A stretch of 47,516 nucleotides of DNA from a virus, in the IMG/VR virus record IMGVR_UViG_3300005607_000005, positions 1 through 47,516 of that record; one strand, given 5' to 3'. A model generated the notes under the pieces. That model had not been told where the DNA came from, ran no database searches, and worked only from the letters and a program-made list of their open reading frames with translations. Numbering within the stretch: the first letter of the stretch is position 1; each line of letters opens with the position of its first letter. A program made the position numbers and the translations under genes. Below, piece by piece: positions 16,366-25,513 of this stretch.

Positions 16366-17754
16366 TTACTTGTAGCTCCGCACTCGGACTTCGCCGCGGG
16401 CGCCAGCGCCGCCGGCACCGCCCGTACTCGTACCGCCGCCGCCGCCGCCACCCCCGCCGCCCGGTGCGGCCCCTGCGCCACCCGCGCCGCCGGTGCCGCC
16501 CGTGTTGCCGCCCCCGCCGCCGCCGCCGGTGCCACAGAGAATCTGTGTGCCTGCCGTGCCGCCCGTGCCGGTGCCGCCGCCGGTGCCACCGCCCGCGCCA
16601 CCGCCCCCCGTACCCGCTCCGCCGGAAGCGCCCGTGCCACCGCCAGCCCCACCGGCTCGTTGGACATTGGAGGCATCAACGCCGCCACCGTTGCCACCAC
16701 CGCCGCCACTCCAGATGGAGACGCCGCCCGCGGTGCCCGTGGCGGACTGAGCCGCCGTCGCACCGCCGCCGCTGGCGCCGCCCCATTCGGCCGGTTGCCC
16801 CGCCGCACCGTTGGGACCTGAGGCGCCAGCGCTGCCGGTGCCGGTAGCTGAGTTACTATTCTGAGGTAGTCCACCGATGTTATTAGCACTGCCTGAGGCG
16901 CCCGCCGACAGGCCGCCGCCACCCCCGCCGCCAGCGGTCGCGGAGACACTGGCAGCTGGCGTGCTGCCCCCATTGCCGCCGCCACCGCCATAGGCATAAA
17001 CCTTCGTGCCGAACGAACTGGTGCCACCACTGGTCCCGGCCGTGCCGGCAGCATTGGTGCCGCCACCGCCGGCGCTGTTGGCCGTACTCGCCACGGTAAC
17101 GGCTTCCGTGGCGCCCAGGTCGGCGGCGTTGAAGAGCATGCGTGTACGGGCCCCACCGCCGCCGCCACCCCCGCCTTGACGGACGTTGGTTGTGGTGGCG
17201 CTCCCGGCGCCGCCGCCTCCTTGGCCGCCGCCGCCGATGACATCGACGAGGACGAGAACGGCCCCTGCGGGCTTCGTCCAGGTTCCGTTGGCGGTGAAGG
17301 TCTGGTCATCGAAGAGCGAGAGACCCGAACTGGACAGTCCTTCGGAGTAAAGCTGGGTGGCCGAAACGCCGTGGAAACAAGCCGTCTTGCCCGCCGGCAG
17401 ACTATAGGCCGCGTTGGTTCCCAGGGCGTCGATCTGGGCGCCGCTAGGAGGGTAGACCGAAAGCGTATTGGCCCCAGCATTGGCCACACAGATGACCTTG
17501 CCGAAGGGGCTGACTGGTGTCGGCAACACAACACCCGTGCTCGCCGCGACCGTCGTGACCTCGTTGAACTCCGCGGTGAGCGCCAGGGCCGTGCCCTGGC
17601 TATTGCCCGTGGCCGTTAGTCCCGTGGACTCGGTCTGATTGGCAATCTGTGCCCGGGTGATCTGGTAGTCCGTACCACCCTGCACGCCGTAAAACGCCGT
17701 GGCGTCGGTCATCGATGGCAAGGCGGCCATATCGACAATGCGTTTATCGGACAT
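16366..17754 (-). CDS. Glycine-rich fibre-associated protein
   Basis: ORF frame 16366-17760; ATG at 17754. The motif FTANGTWTKPAGAVLVLVDVIGGGGQGGGG is followed by long poly-Gly/Ala/Thr tracts. Confidence 0.7.
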   Translation of the reverse strand: MSDKRIVDMAALPSMTDATAFYGVQGGTDYQITRAQIANQTESTGLTATGNSQGTALALTAEFNEVTTVAASTGVVLPTPVSPFGKVICVANAGANTLSVYPPSGAQIDALGTNAAYSLPAGKTACFHGVSATQLYSEGLSSSGLSLFDDQTFTANGTWTKPAGAVLVLVDVIGGGGQGGGGAGSATTTNVRQGGGGGGGGARTRMLFNAADLGATEAVTVASTANSAGGGGTNAAGTAGTSGGTSSFGTKVYAYGGGGGNGGSTPAASVSATAGGGGGGGLSAGASGSANNIGGLPQNSNSATGTGSAGASGPNGAAGQPAEWGGASGGGATAAQSATGTAGGVSIWSGGGGGNGGGVDASNVQRAGGAGGGTGASGGAGTGGGGAGGGTGGGTGTGGTAGTQILCGTGGGGGGGNTGGTGGAGGAGAAPGGGGGGGGGGTSTGGAGGAGARGEVRVRSYK

Positions 17755-17805
17755 GGGCAAGGCCTCTAGTATGCTGAGGACGGGGCCAAGACGACCAGGC
17801 GAGCA

Positions 17806-18273
17806 TTACTCTTCGAAAGTGATATGCCCGCTGAAGTTGACATTGTTGGGGCTGGTGAGGCGCACCGAGAACCCCTTGGCACCAGGGATGATGTAGGGTG
17901 ATAGGGCCGGGATCAGGACGTGATAGAGCCCATCAAACTGGGGCACGTCAATGGTGCGATAGACCGTGATGACGGTCGGCTCGGCGGTCCAGTTTTTGGC
18001 CGCCGTGGTCTGCACGGTTTCGTCGCGGCCCTGGTCGCGTTTGGTCGGTGTCACCGAGGTACTATTGGTGCCTGGCGCATTGGTGGCGAAGGTGTTGAAG
18101 CACAACTCCGCGATAGCCGGCGCATTGGAACTGGTGGCGCCATCGAAGCTGATGCTGACCTCGGACACCTTCAGCGCAATGTTGGAGGGAGCCAGGATAC
18201 CCATCGCTGTCTTTGCCGTGGCGGCAACCAGAGCGACGGTGTTGACGTTGATGTCACAAACATTGGCGGCCAT
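17806..18273 (-). CDS. Hypothetical beta-rich structural protein (paralogue-like to 24273-24731)
   Basis: 155-aa ORF. Its size and pattern are shared with the 152-aa ORF at 24273-24731. Confidence 0.5.
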   Translation of the reverse strand: MAANVCDINVNTVALVAATAKTAMGILAPSNIALKVSEVSISFDGATSSNAPAIAELCFNTFATNAPGTNSTSVTPTKRDQGRDETVQTTAAKNWTAEPTVITVYRTIDVPQFDGLYHVLIPALSPYIIPGAKGFSVRLTSPNNVNFSGHITFEE

Positions 18274-18312
18274 GAGCGACTCCTTGAGTAGATACCGACT
18301 TGCTGGGTCGGC

Positions 18313-19539
18313 TTAGTTGTAGGACCAGTAGAAGAACACACGATCAGCGATGTTTTGCACGTCGGTGGGGGTTAGGATACCGGACCAGATGGCGGCCTCG
18401 CACCACGACAGGGAATGAGCCAGGCGATTGGGATCGGCATTGTTATAAGTGCCGCCGATGGCCAGACCGCCCGAGGCATCCAGGCCCAACTGGCTAAAGC
18501 TGGTACCCGAGGTGACCTGGCCGCCGTTGTTGCTGACATTAGCCTGACAGAGGTAATAGTTGGTCAGGCCGCTGTTGGTGCCGTCGTAGGTCACGATGAT
18601 CGCGGCGTCCTGGGGCCCGACAATGCCGCTGTTTTCATTGGAACCGGCTCCGTCCTTGATACCGACGACCGTTGTCGTGGGCCCGCCACCGTCATCCAGG
18701 TTGCCGTTGGTGCCATAGCCGAAGGCCAAGCCGTTGGAACCTGGCGTGCCATCGTCGAAGAAGGCCATGGGCGCCACCGCGGCCCGCACCATCGCGGCAT
18801 AACTCCACTGGCCCGTCCGCGTGAAGAAGTTGAAATTACCCTGGAAAATGCCGCGCCAGTCGCTGCCCGCCTGAATGTCGGGCTTGCCGGTCCCCGTGGC
18901 GTGCAGCTGGAAGTTCGTCACCTGACTGATGGTGTCGGGCGGCACATGCAGGGGCGTCAGGTTGTTGTTGCCAATGAGGTCGCCCCACATCACCACCGGG
19001 TCACCATCGCCTGAGGGCGTCAGGGGCGAGAGATTCTTGTAAGCCCTCGCGTCCGCTGAGACATGCCAGACCATCGTGGCCGAAGTGCCAACGCTGAAAC
19101 CGCCGATGGATTCGCGGATGTGGCGGTTGACGTACAGGTCGCCGGCATAGGGCACCGGCTCGACAGGTAGGACGATCTTGGGCCGAAAGAACCCGACAGA
19201 GCCGAGGGGGCGCTGCGTGCTGATGTGAATGACGCGGCCGGGCCAGGAGGGCATTTCCTCAGCGAAGACCGTCTGCAGCACCGTAGAACGCGGTGCCGGT
19301 ACACTGGCCGTCAGGCCGCGCGGCAGCCGCAGAATCACGTCGCCTTGATAGGGTGGTAGTGGCTCGACCCAGACGAACGAGCCTGGGCGCGGCAAGCCGT
19401 TGACCATGTCCATGCAGACGACATCGAGGAAGTCGATACCGTTGGACAAGAGCAAGCGACTGGCGCCATCGGAGAGCAACAGGCGGCAAATTTGCGCTCC
19501 GGCCGGATCGCCAACAAAAGTGAGGGATCGACGGGTCAA
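18313..19539 (-). CDS. Structural protein with a C-terminal concanavalin-A/LamG-like lectin domain
   Basis: 408-aa ORF (TTG start in the track). The C-terminal ...LAIGGTYNNADPNRLAHSLSWCEAAIWSGILTPTDVQNI resembles the end of LamG-type domains. Confidence 0.5.
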   Translation of the reverse strand: MTRRSLTFVGDPAGAQICRLLLSDGASRLLLSNGIDFLDVVCMDMVNGLPRPGSFVWVEPLPPYQGDVILRLPRGLTASVPAPRSTVLQTVFAEEMPSWPGRVIHISTQRPLGSVGFFRPKIVLPVEPVPYAGDLYVNRHIRESIGGFSVGTSATMVWHVSADARAYKNLSPLTPSGDGDPVVMWGDLIGNNNLTPLHVPPDTISQVTNFQLHATGTGKPDIQAGSDWRGIFQGNFNFFTRTGQWSYAAMVRAAVAPMAFFDDGTPGSNGLAFGYGTNGNLDDGGGPTTTVVGIKDGAGSNENSGIVGPQDAAIIVTYDGTNSGLTNYYLCQANVSNNGGQVTSGTSFSQLGLDASGGLAIGGTYNNADPNRLAHSLSWCEAAIWSGILTPTDVQNIADRVFFYWSYN

Positions 19540-19550
19540 GCCAATCCCCT

Positions 19551-19889
19551 TTAATCACGGACAAGGCGATAAGAAACGTGGCCTGATACCTGCACGGCAC
19601 CGGAGAGGTTCAACGTCAAATCGTTGCCCGGTGTGATGGTATCAAAGTAAGGCGTTGGCTGACCGTTGAAGCCGCAGGCGCTGACGGGCAACACGAGGCC
19701 GGATTGCGCCGCCAGGGGATAGGGGCCGGTGAGTTCGGTTCCACCCGGACCATCGGTCAGCTTGACGTTCACGGTACCCGCGGCGATCAGAGACAGCGAG
19801 AGAACCTGGAAGCGGCAGCCCGGGATGCCGGCCACTAGCTGCGTGTTTCCTGAGATGGCCGTGTCGATGGCGACAAATTGCGTCTTCAT
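19551..19889 (-). CDS. Hypothetical small beta-rich structural protein
   Basis: 112-aa ORF in the structural gene train. Confidence 0.5.
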   Translation of the reverse strand: MKTQFVAIDTAISGNTQLVAGIPGCRFQVLSLSLIAAGTVNVKLTDGPGGTELTGPYPLAAQSGLVLPVSACGFNGQPTPYFDTITPGNDLTLNLSGAVQVSGHVSYRLVRD

Positions 19890-19891
19890 TT

Positions 19892-20269
19892 TTAGCCGCC
19901 TTCCGCCAAGGCCTTAGTTTGGTGGATGAACTTATCCAGCGTCGCCAGCAACCAGGGCCGGCGCTGCAGGTGCTTGGTGCCCTTTTCGAGGTAGGCCCCA
20001 TACTTCGCGTTCGTGCTCATCCCGACGCGGGCCGTCAGAGCCGGTTCGTCCAACTCGTACAGCACATTGCGCTGGAGGTAGCCAGTGCGCTTGCGCGGCG
20101 GTTCGCCGGGTCGGCTGGGCATCTTATAGGGCCGAGGATTGGAGACGTTGAGCGCCTCCAGGAGCTTGGTGTGGTAGTAGACCACGGCCCGCTGTAAGGC
20201 CTGCCAGCTAGCGGCGAGCACTTGTTTTTGTGCCTGCGGGCCGTTCCACGACAGTTTCGCCTGGATCAT
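19892..20269 (-). CDS. HK97 gp10-like neck / tail-completion protein
   Basis: ORF frame 19892-20365, trimmed to ATG at 20269 (MIQAKLSWNG...). The SRPGEPPRKRTGYLQRNV motif is typical of the HK97 gp10 family. Confidence 0.6.
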   Translation of the reverse strand: MIQAKLSWNGPQAQKQVLAASWQALQRAVVYYHTKLLEALNVSNPRPYKMPSRPGEPPRKRTGYLQRNVLYELDEPALTARVGMSTNAKYGAYLEKGTKHLQRRPWLLATLDKFIHQTKALAEGG

Positions 20270-20453
20270 GCTGCTCGACCTCGGCTCGCTCCAGGGCTTG
20301 CGCCGCCAGTTCGTGGATGGCGTCGAGCTTGCCGCGGAGTGACTCCCGACACTCGTTGCGACCAATCGGCCGCGCGAAGTCCCGAATGGCAGCTAGCGCA
20401 GCCGCGGCGAGATCATAACGAACCCGGACGTAGAGAGTCGGCAGGCGGGCCAT
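20208..20453 (-). CDS. Hypothetical protein (overlaps the next gene start by about 60 nt)
   Basis: 81-aa ORF, helical. Confidence 0.35.
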   Translation of the reverse strand: MARLPTLYVRVRYDLAAAALAAIRDFARPIGRNECRESLRGKLDAIHELAAQALERAEVEQHDPGETVVERPAGTKTSARR

Positions 20454-20516
20454 GTGTCGTCCTCGCTGCGGGCGACGTGACAGCGAGGGTAGCGGGAAGA
20501 ATTGCGCGCGGGCTAC

Positions 20517-21275
20517 CTAGCCGACCTTGTGAGCGCAGCGCAGGAGAGGCAATTCGTCGATCCGACGGGCGCGCTCATAGGTGAGGATGTCCATGTACAG
20601 GTTCTGGGCCGGCCAATACACCCGGTCATCGTTGGTAACGGCGATTTCCTTCTCGACCGTAATGTCAAAACCGTCGTTAAAACCGCGGATAGCCCGCTCG
20701 TCCACGATATCAGAGCGGAACGGTTGCACGCGGCATTTCAGCCCGCTGTAAAGGACCATGCCTCCCAGCGGTCCCGCTCCGGTCGGGAAAGCCTTCACGG
20801 CGGCACCGGCCGCATCGTAGCTGATAGCGGGCCGTTCGATGTGGATGCTATCTTGCAGGTCCAAGGCCAAGGTCAGATCGCGTGTGATCAAGCGCCAGGT
20901 CTGGCGGAATTTGCCCAGCTGAACCTCCAGGACGGTGAAACGCCGTCGTTCCGAAGGAATCACCACATCGCCCGGCTTGATGACCTGGCCCGTCGCCAGA
21001 AAGCGCTGCGGCACCAGCCAGACGACATCCTGCAGCGTATAGACGCCGCCGGATTCCTTCAGCTCGCGCTGCGTGAGGTTGCGGCGCTTGGTCCAGTTGA
21101 CGTGACTGACGTAGTTCGCGCTGGGGGCAGCGGCCGGGTCGGGGAGGTTGGTCGGCTGGCCCTCGCGCAACAGGCCATCGCCTTCAGGCGGAGGCAGAGA
21201 CAGACGCGCCGTCTCCAAGTCGATGCCCTCGACGTTATCCCAACTCAGGCAGTCGTCGGCGTAATCCAGATTCAT
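20517..21275 (-). CDS. Head-tail adaptor / head closure-type protein with an N-terminal extension
   Basis: 252-aa ORF. The C-terminal half (CRVQPFRSDIVDERAIRGFNDGFDITVEKEIAVTNDDRVYW...YMDILTYERARRIDELPLLRC) fits the phage head-tail joining pattern. Confidence 0.5.
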   Translation of the reverse strand: MNLDYADDCLSWDNVEGIDLETARLSLPPPEGDGLLREGQPTNLPDPAAAPSANYVSHVNWTKRRNLTQRELKESGGVYTLQDVVWLVPQRFLATGQVIKPGDVVIPSERRRFTVLEVQLGKFRQTWRLITRDLTLALDLQDSIHIERPAISYDAAGAAVKAFPTGAGPLGGMVLYSGLKCRVQPFRSDIVDERAIRGFNDGFDITVEKEIAVTNDDRVYWPAQNLYMDILTYERARRIDELPLLRCAHKVG

Positions 21276-21285
21276 GGCATGTCTC

Positions 21286-21738
21286 TTATCCGAAGGTCTG
21301 GACCTCAGTGATCAGGAACGGCACCACGAACGGTTCGCCGGAGACCGGCGTGAAATGCACATCGACTTGCCATTTGCGGGGCAGCGGTGGTTGCCAGGGC
21401 GGCGCGGGAGCGCCGGTCAGTTGCGTCGCCGAGAAGTCTGCAGCGGGAATCGTCGCCAGGAAGTTGTAGCCAGTGCGGCCATCCTTGCCCGGGACCTGCG
21501 GACTGTCGGCTGTCCAGCGCGGGTCATTCTGCACGAGGTTGTCGAAGACCACAGTGGCCACCGTGAAGGTGCCACTGCCGCTCGTCAGACCGTTGGTCAG
21601 GTCCGTCAGGACATAGCTAATGGAGGCAATGGTGGCCCGGGTGATCGGCGTGCCGAGGTTGCCGAGGATGCGGGCGATGAGACTGACCCCCGTCTGCGAG
21701 GGAGCGACGCCAGTCGCATAGGGCAGGTTGAGTTGCAT
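21286..21738 (-). CDS. Hypothetical structural protein
   Basis: 150-aa ORF. Confidence 0.5.
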   Translation of the reverse strand: MQLNLPYATGVAPSQTGVSLIARILGNLGTPITRATIASISYVLTDLTNGLTSGSGTFTVATVVFDNLVQNDPRWTADSPQVPGKDGRTGYNFLATIPAADFSATQLTGAPAPPWQPPLPRKWQVDVHFTPVSGEPFVVPFLITEVQTFG

Positions 21739-21739
21739 C

Positions 21740-22261
21740 TCAGCGGCCCTCCAGCCACGGCGGCAGCAGTACGATGGCCCAGCCGTCCCACTGGCTCAGG
21801 AATTCGCGCTCACTCAGCTGCCGCACGGAAAGGGAGCGGTCGCAGTTGTTGATGAATTTGACGACGCCATCGGCATAGTGGACCACGTTGACCATGTGCC
21901 TGTGCCGCAGGCCCACGCAGGCGCCCCAGCGCTTGGCGCAGGCGTCCTTGAGAATCTGCGGGTCATGGTTGCCGCTGCTCTGCATGCGATAGCGGACGCC
22001 CAGGCCATCGAGCACGCGGCGAACCTCGCCCTCGTGCGATTGGCCCTTATAGCGGTCCGTGAGATGTGCCGCAGCCGGGATACCCAGATATTTGGCCAGC
22101 GTACTAATCGAGCACCACACGCACTGGATGCCAGTCTGGTTGTAGGTCCGCATCTCTGGCGACACGGGGACCTGCAAGTCCGGCGTCAGCGGGACGGTCA
22201 CTTCCTGGGCCGGCAGCAGACCAGCCACAAGCAGCGCCAGGATGACAGAGACCCACTTCAT
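21740..22261 (-). CDS. Secreted papain/C39-like cysteine peptidase candidate
   Basis: 173-aa ORF. Signal peptide MKWVSVILALLVAGLLPAQE, a Cys-containing motif TGIQCVWCSISTLAKYLG and the later HRHMVNVVHY suggest a Cys/His peptidase fold. Confidence 0.45.
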   Translation of the reverse strand: MKWVSVILALLVAGLLPAQEVTVPLTPDLQVPVSPEMRTYNQTGIQCVWCSISTLAKYLGIPAAAHLTDRYKGQSHEGEVRRVLDGLGVRYRMQSSGNHDPQILKDACAKRWGACVGLRHRHMVNVVHYADGVVKFINNCDRSLSVRQLSEREFLSQWDGWAIVLLPPWLEGR

Positions 22262-22271
22262 GACCCGGACC

Positions 22272-22505
22272 TCAGCGACGATAGAACAGGGTCTCCAGAT
22301 ACAGGTGCAGGCCTAGGGCCGCAGCGAAGCCCAGGAAGGCTGCCAAGCTGACCCAGTAGTAGCGCGGATGCTTGCGCAGGAATTGCGTCACGGTGGGCTC
22401 GTCGCGCACGAAGAGCACCAGATCGACCAGGCCGGCGTAGACCAAGGCCACGACGAAAGCAACGATGACGCCGACCACGATTTGCCGTTGGATTTCCATG
22501 TTCAC
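22272..22505 (-). CDS. Small two-TM membrane protein (holin-like)
   Basis: 77-aa ORF with two hydrophobic helices (IVVGVIVAFVVALVYAGLV and YYWVSLAAFLGFAAALGL). GTGA overlap with the upstream gene. Confidence 0.5.
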   Translation of the reverse strand: MNMEIQRQIVVGVIVAFVVALVYAGLVDLVLFVRDEPTVTQFLRKHPRYYWVSLAAFLGFAAALGLHLYLETLFYRR

Positions 22506-23488
22506 TCCCCGGCCGCTTCACCGGCGACGGCTCCCGCGAAATAAACTGTGGCAGCAACCGCATAGTATGGCGGCGCCACGGTAATGACGCCGGCGCCCAC
22601 CCAGAAGGAATCCGGTGTCCAGTCCCGATGGGTTTGCGGTCGCCGCGGATGTTCGCGCACGGGCCACTCGGGAATCACGCTGAAGGTGTTGACCTGGGTG
22701 GTATCCAGCACGAGGACCTGAAAGGGCGGTGGCAGTGGCGGCCGCCGACGGCGCGGCCGCTGCTCGGGTTGGTGCCAGGTAACGGTGTAGGACTGCTGCA
22801 AGACCGTCTCGGCAAAGTATTCCTGTGCGGAATCATCCGGCGGAATCACCTTGGGCGTTGGCCGCGTAGGGACTCCACGCACGGATGGCGCATACAGGCT
22901 GCCCAGCCAGCGCACGAGGTCGATGAAGTTGGGCACCTCCCACGCCGGCGGTTCCGTGCTCGCCGGCGGCGCCTTGCTACCGCGCTGGGGCTTGACGGGC
23001 TGCTCGAAACGACAACTCAGGTCCACGTCCATCGCATCGTTCAAAACCGCCGTGAGGGAGTGGGCGATCTCCCCCAGAGCAGCACGTTTCCGCTTCGGAG
23101 CCGGAAACACCAACGGCACGTCCCAGGGCTGGTTTTGGGACACACCCTCGGTATCGGTGAACGTCTGCGTATCGTGAACGGGCCGGGGCCGTGCCGCCGG
23201 CAACGGAGGCGGCGGAGGGGTAGCGTCCCAGGCCCGGTAAAGCGCTTCGCCGGGCAATGGCAACAGCGCGTGATGCTGTTCGGGCAAATGGGCACTTGCC
23301 CTACGCCGGCGGGGTCGAGGTTCGGAGGGAACGTCCCAGGAGCGACAGCGATCGACATCATCGCGGAAAGGGAATTCGCGCAGGGAGCTGGAGATGTCCC
23401 CCGACCGGCGCGGCCGCGCCGGTCGGGGCGGAGGCGGGTCGGTGACACTGACGAACACGCCAGCACTGACGAGGAATTCCGACATCAA
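22502..23488 (-). CDS. Hypothetical Pro/Arg-rich protein
   Basis: 328-aa ORF. Confidence 0.45.
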   Translation of the reverse strand: MMSEFLVSAGVFVSVTDPPPPRPARPRRSGDISSSLREFPFRDDVDRCRSWDVPSEPRPRRRRASAHLPEQHHALLPLPGEALYRAWDATPPPPPLPAARPRPVHDTQTFTDTEGVSQNQPWDVPLVFPAPKRKRAALGEIAHSLTAVLNDAMDVDLSCRFEQPVKPQRGSKAPPASTEPPAWEVPNFIDLVRWLGSLYAPSVRGVPTRPTPKVIPPDDSAQEYFAETVLQQSYTVTWHQPEQRPRRRRPPLPPPFQVLVLDTTQVNTFSVIPEWPVREHPRRPQTHRDWTPDSFWVGAGVITVAPPYYAVAATVYFAGAVAGEAAGE

Positions 23489-23835
23489 CTCGCCTTCTTC
23501 TTCAGCAGATAGGCCCCCTCCATCCGCACCGTGATCGGTCGATAGCCAATGGGCCGGCCGGCCTCGATGTTCTCCAGTTGTTGCTCAAACGGCACGCAGC
23601 CATGAGCATTGCACTCTGGCCGGCCACAGGTAATCCCGTTGCAGCGCATGCAGAAGCCACGACGCCGGCCACTACCGGGCTTAAAGACCCAGGTGTACGA
23701 GCAGTGCTTGCAGGTCACCGTTTCCTGCGTGATCGTTGGCCCGCCGTCCTTGGGCACACTGATGAGCAAGCCCGAGAGGCTGTGCTTGGGTGCCGAGTGA
23801 CTGTTGACGTTCATCGTTCCCTCTACAAGAGCCAA
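23485..23835 (-). CDS. Cys-rich (zinc-binding type) hypothetical protein
   Basis: 116-aa ORF with CKHC...CMRCNGITCGRPECNAHGC. Confidence 0.5.
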   Translation of the reverse strand: MALVEGTMNVNSHSAPKHSLSGLLISVPKDGGPTITQETVTCKHCSYTWVFKPGSGRRRGFCMRCNGITCGRPECNAHGCVPFEQQLENIEAGRPIGYRPITVRMEGAYLLKKKAS

Positions 23836-24224
23836 TCGCCGCCGAAGGATTCTTCAGCGGGTAGTCCAGGCGTTTCCGCTTCCAGTAGCCGGCGATAGAT
23901 GCGTGGGCCGAATAGCTGCACGCACAGGGCGCAGGCCTGGTAGCAGCCCGGCGCCATGCCATCGCTCACGTCAGCGGGGGCCAGGCGAATGCACTCGCCC
24001 AGATCCTGCTCGGGCATGGCGGTGCGGCAGATGCCACAAACACGAAAACTATAGTTGAGACCCGGTGGATAGGTGCGTGGCTCCGGCTCGGCCTGGCCGG
24101 TCAGCCGCGCCGTGCAATTTTCGCAGGCAGCCACGGTCAGCGTCGCGGCGTTGACCATGACTTGCACCGTGGCCAGCGGATCGTCAGCTCGCACGGCTGA
24201 TTTGCAGTAACCGCAGGTGCGCAT
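23823..24224 (-). CDS. Cys-rich hypothetical protein
   Basis: 133-aa ORF with CGYC...CENC...CGIC...CALC. Confidence 0.5.
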   Translation of the reverse strand: MRTCGYCKSAVRADDPLATVQVMVNAATLTVAACENCTARLTGQAEPEPRTYPPGLNYSFRVCGICRTAMPEQDLGECIRLAPADVSDGMAPGCYQACALCVQLFGPRIYRRLLEAETPGLPAEESFGGDWLL

Positions 24225-24272
24225 CTTGGACTCCTGCGGGCGATGGACTCCTGCGGGCGATGGCGGTGGGCC

Positions 24273-24731
24273 TTACTCGTTGAAGTAGATCTGCAGTTCC
24301 AGGTTCGGCGTGGCCGAGGCATTGACTGCATAAGCGCCGCCACCGTTGTTCGCCGTGGCCGGGAACTTCAGCGCCTTCTTGTCGTCGTAAGCGGTCCAGC
24401 GGTGTGTAGCCCGTTGATTCAAGACCGAGTGGAACAAAATGGCTCCTGCCGTATAGGTCGGTTCGACCGTGTTGTTCTTGCCGGCGACGGCCGTGGCGGC
24501 CGGGTCGGCCGGATCCAGGGCCTGGGGCGTGAGGCTGGTATTCGTCCCCGCCGCGGTGAAGCGCTGCACGAAGGCCGTGAAGCTGTTGTCCGCCGGCGTG
24601 CCCGAGAAACCCCAGATCATCTCGTAGATTTCGGGCCGGATGGCCGTGGTAGAAGTGAGTGTCAGCGCGGTCTTCGTCGGCGAAGCCACGGCATAGCTGG
24701 TATCGATCGAGTAACACCTGGGATTCGCCAT
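24273..24731 (-). CDS. Hypothetical beta-rich structural protein (paralogue-like to 17806-18273)
   Basis: 152-aa ORF ending ...LELQIYFNE; compare ...FSGHITFEE in the other copy. Confidence 0.5.
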   Translation of the reverse strand: MANPRCYSIDTSYAVASPTKTALTLTSTTAIRPEIYEMIWGFSGTPADNSFTAFVQRFTAAGTNTSLTPQALDPADPAATAVAGKNNTVEPTYTAGAILFHSVLNQRATHRWTAYDDKKALKFPATANNGGGAYAVNASATPNLELQIYFNE

Positions 24732-24755
24732 TGATCAGCCCCTTCTCTGTTCCGG

Positions 24756-25055
24756 TCAGGTCGTAAATCGGGTCGGGATCATGAAGGCGCCGCCTGCCAG
24801 TTGCATCTGACGCCTCAGTTCCAGCATCTTGTCGAGGATGAACTGCTGGTATCCCGTCCAATCCCAGCTCTCGCCATCCACCGAATAGGTCGGCTTGGGC
24901 CGAAGAACTCCGAGACGGTCTGTCTCGGCTACGAGCGTATCGACGTTGGCCTGCGTCGGGTTCTGAACCACCGCCGTGACCAGCACCAGAATCTGCGTGT
25001 AGTTCTGGTAAGCCAGCGTCAGGTTTTGCAACGGCGTGGCCACCGGCGCGGGCAT
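24756..25055 (-). CDS. Hypothetical protein (head-tail connector position)
   Basis: 99-aa ORF downstream of the capsid genes. Confidence 0.45.
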   Translation of the reverse strand: MPAPVATPLQNLTLAYQNYTQILVLVTAVVQNPTQANVDTLVAETDRLGVLRPKPTYSVDGESWDWTGYQQFILDKMLELRRQMQLAGGAFMIPTRFTT

Positions 25056-25062
25056 CGGTCCC

Positions 25063-25233
25063 TCACTTCGGCCGGCTGCCGAGAATTTTCTTCACGCGGG
25101 CCATCACGGCCTCATGTACCCCGCTGATTGTGCCCTTCTTCGCGCTGGCATAGAAAACTTGCTCGCCCTTCTTGGCGCCGTATTCCTTCTTCATGTTGGC
25201 GAGGACTTTCTCGCCCTTGGGCGTCAGCGGCAT
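25063..25233 (-). CDS. Small Lys-rich hypothetical protein (56 aa)
   Basis: ATG at 25233 inside ORF-track frame 25063-25605: MPLTPKGEKVLANMKKEYGAKKGEQVFYASAKKGTISGVH.... Confidence 0.45.
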   Translation of the reverse strand: MPLTPKGEKVLANMKKEYGAKKGEQVFYASAKKGTISGVHEAVMARVKKILGSRPK

Positions 25234-25238
25234 AGCAC

Positions 25239-25454
25239 TTACTCCGCTAGCTCGACTACAAACTCGCGGCCGGGTTTCGGCCGCAAATCGTAGCCTTCGA
25301 GATACAGCTGTTTGGCCGTCTCCTCGGCCGCAGGCCCCGCCGGCAAGTGCGTCTCGATGAGACGCCGCGGCAGGCCCTCGGCTTTGACCCAGTACACGCC
25401 AGCCTTCACGATCGCCTCGGGCCGGGGCTTTGGCTTCTCCTTGGCCACGCTCAC
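25239..25454 (-). CDS. Hypothetical protein
   Basis: 71-aa ORF between the capsid gene and the small Lys-rich ORF. Confidence 0.4.
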   Translation of the reverse strand: MSVAKEKPKPRPEAIVKAGVYWVKAEGLPRRLIETHLPAGPAAEETAKQLYLEGYDLRPKPGREFVVELAE

Positions 25455-25513
25455 AGAACCTCACAATCCGGGCGAGAAACCTGCTGATTTTCCGGAGAAA
25501 ATCAGCTACCTGG

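Noticed and set aside
16272-17534. Long alternative-frame ORFs over the glycine-rich gene: 16272-17534(-), 16159-16821(+), 16362-16847(+) and 16493-16750(+).
   Set aside because: They are low-complexity Pro/Arg/Ala translations of the GGN-repeat region. The frame 16366-17754 has a structured N-terminal domain and fits the gene train.
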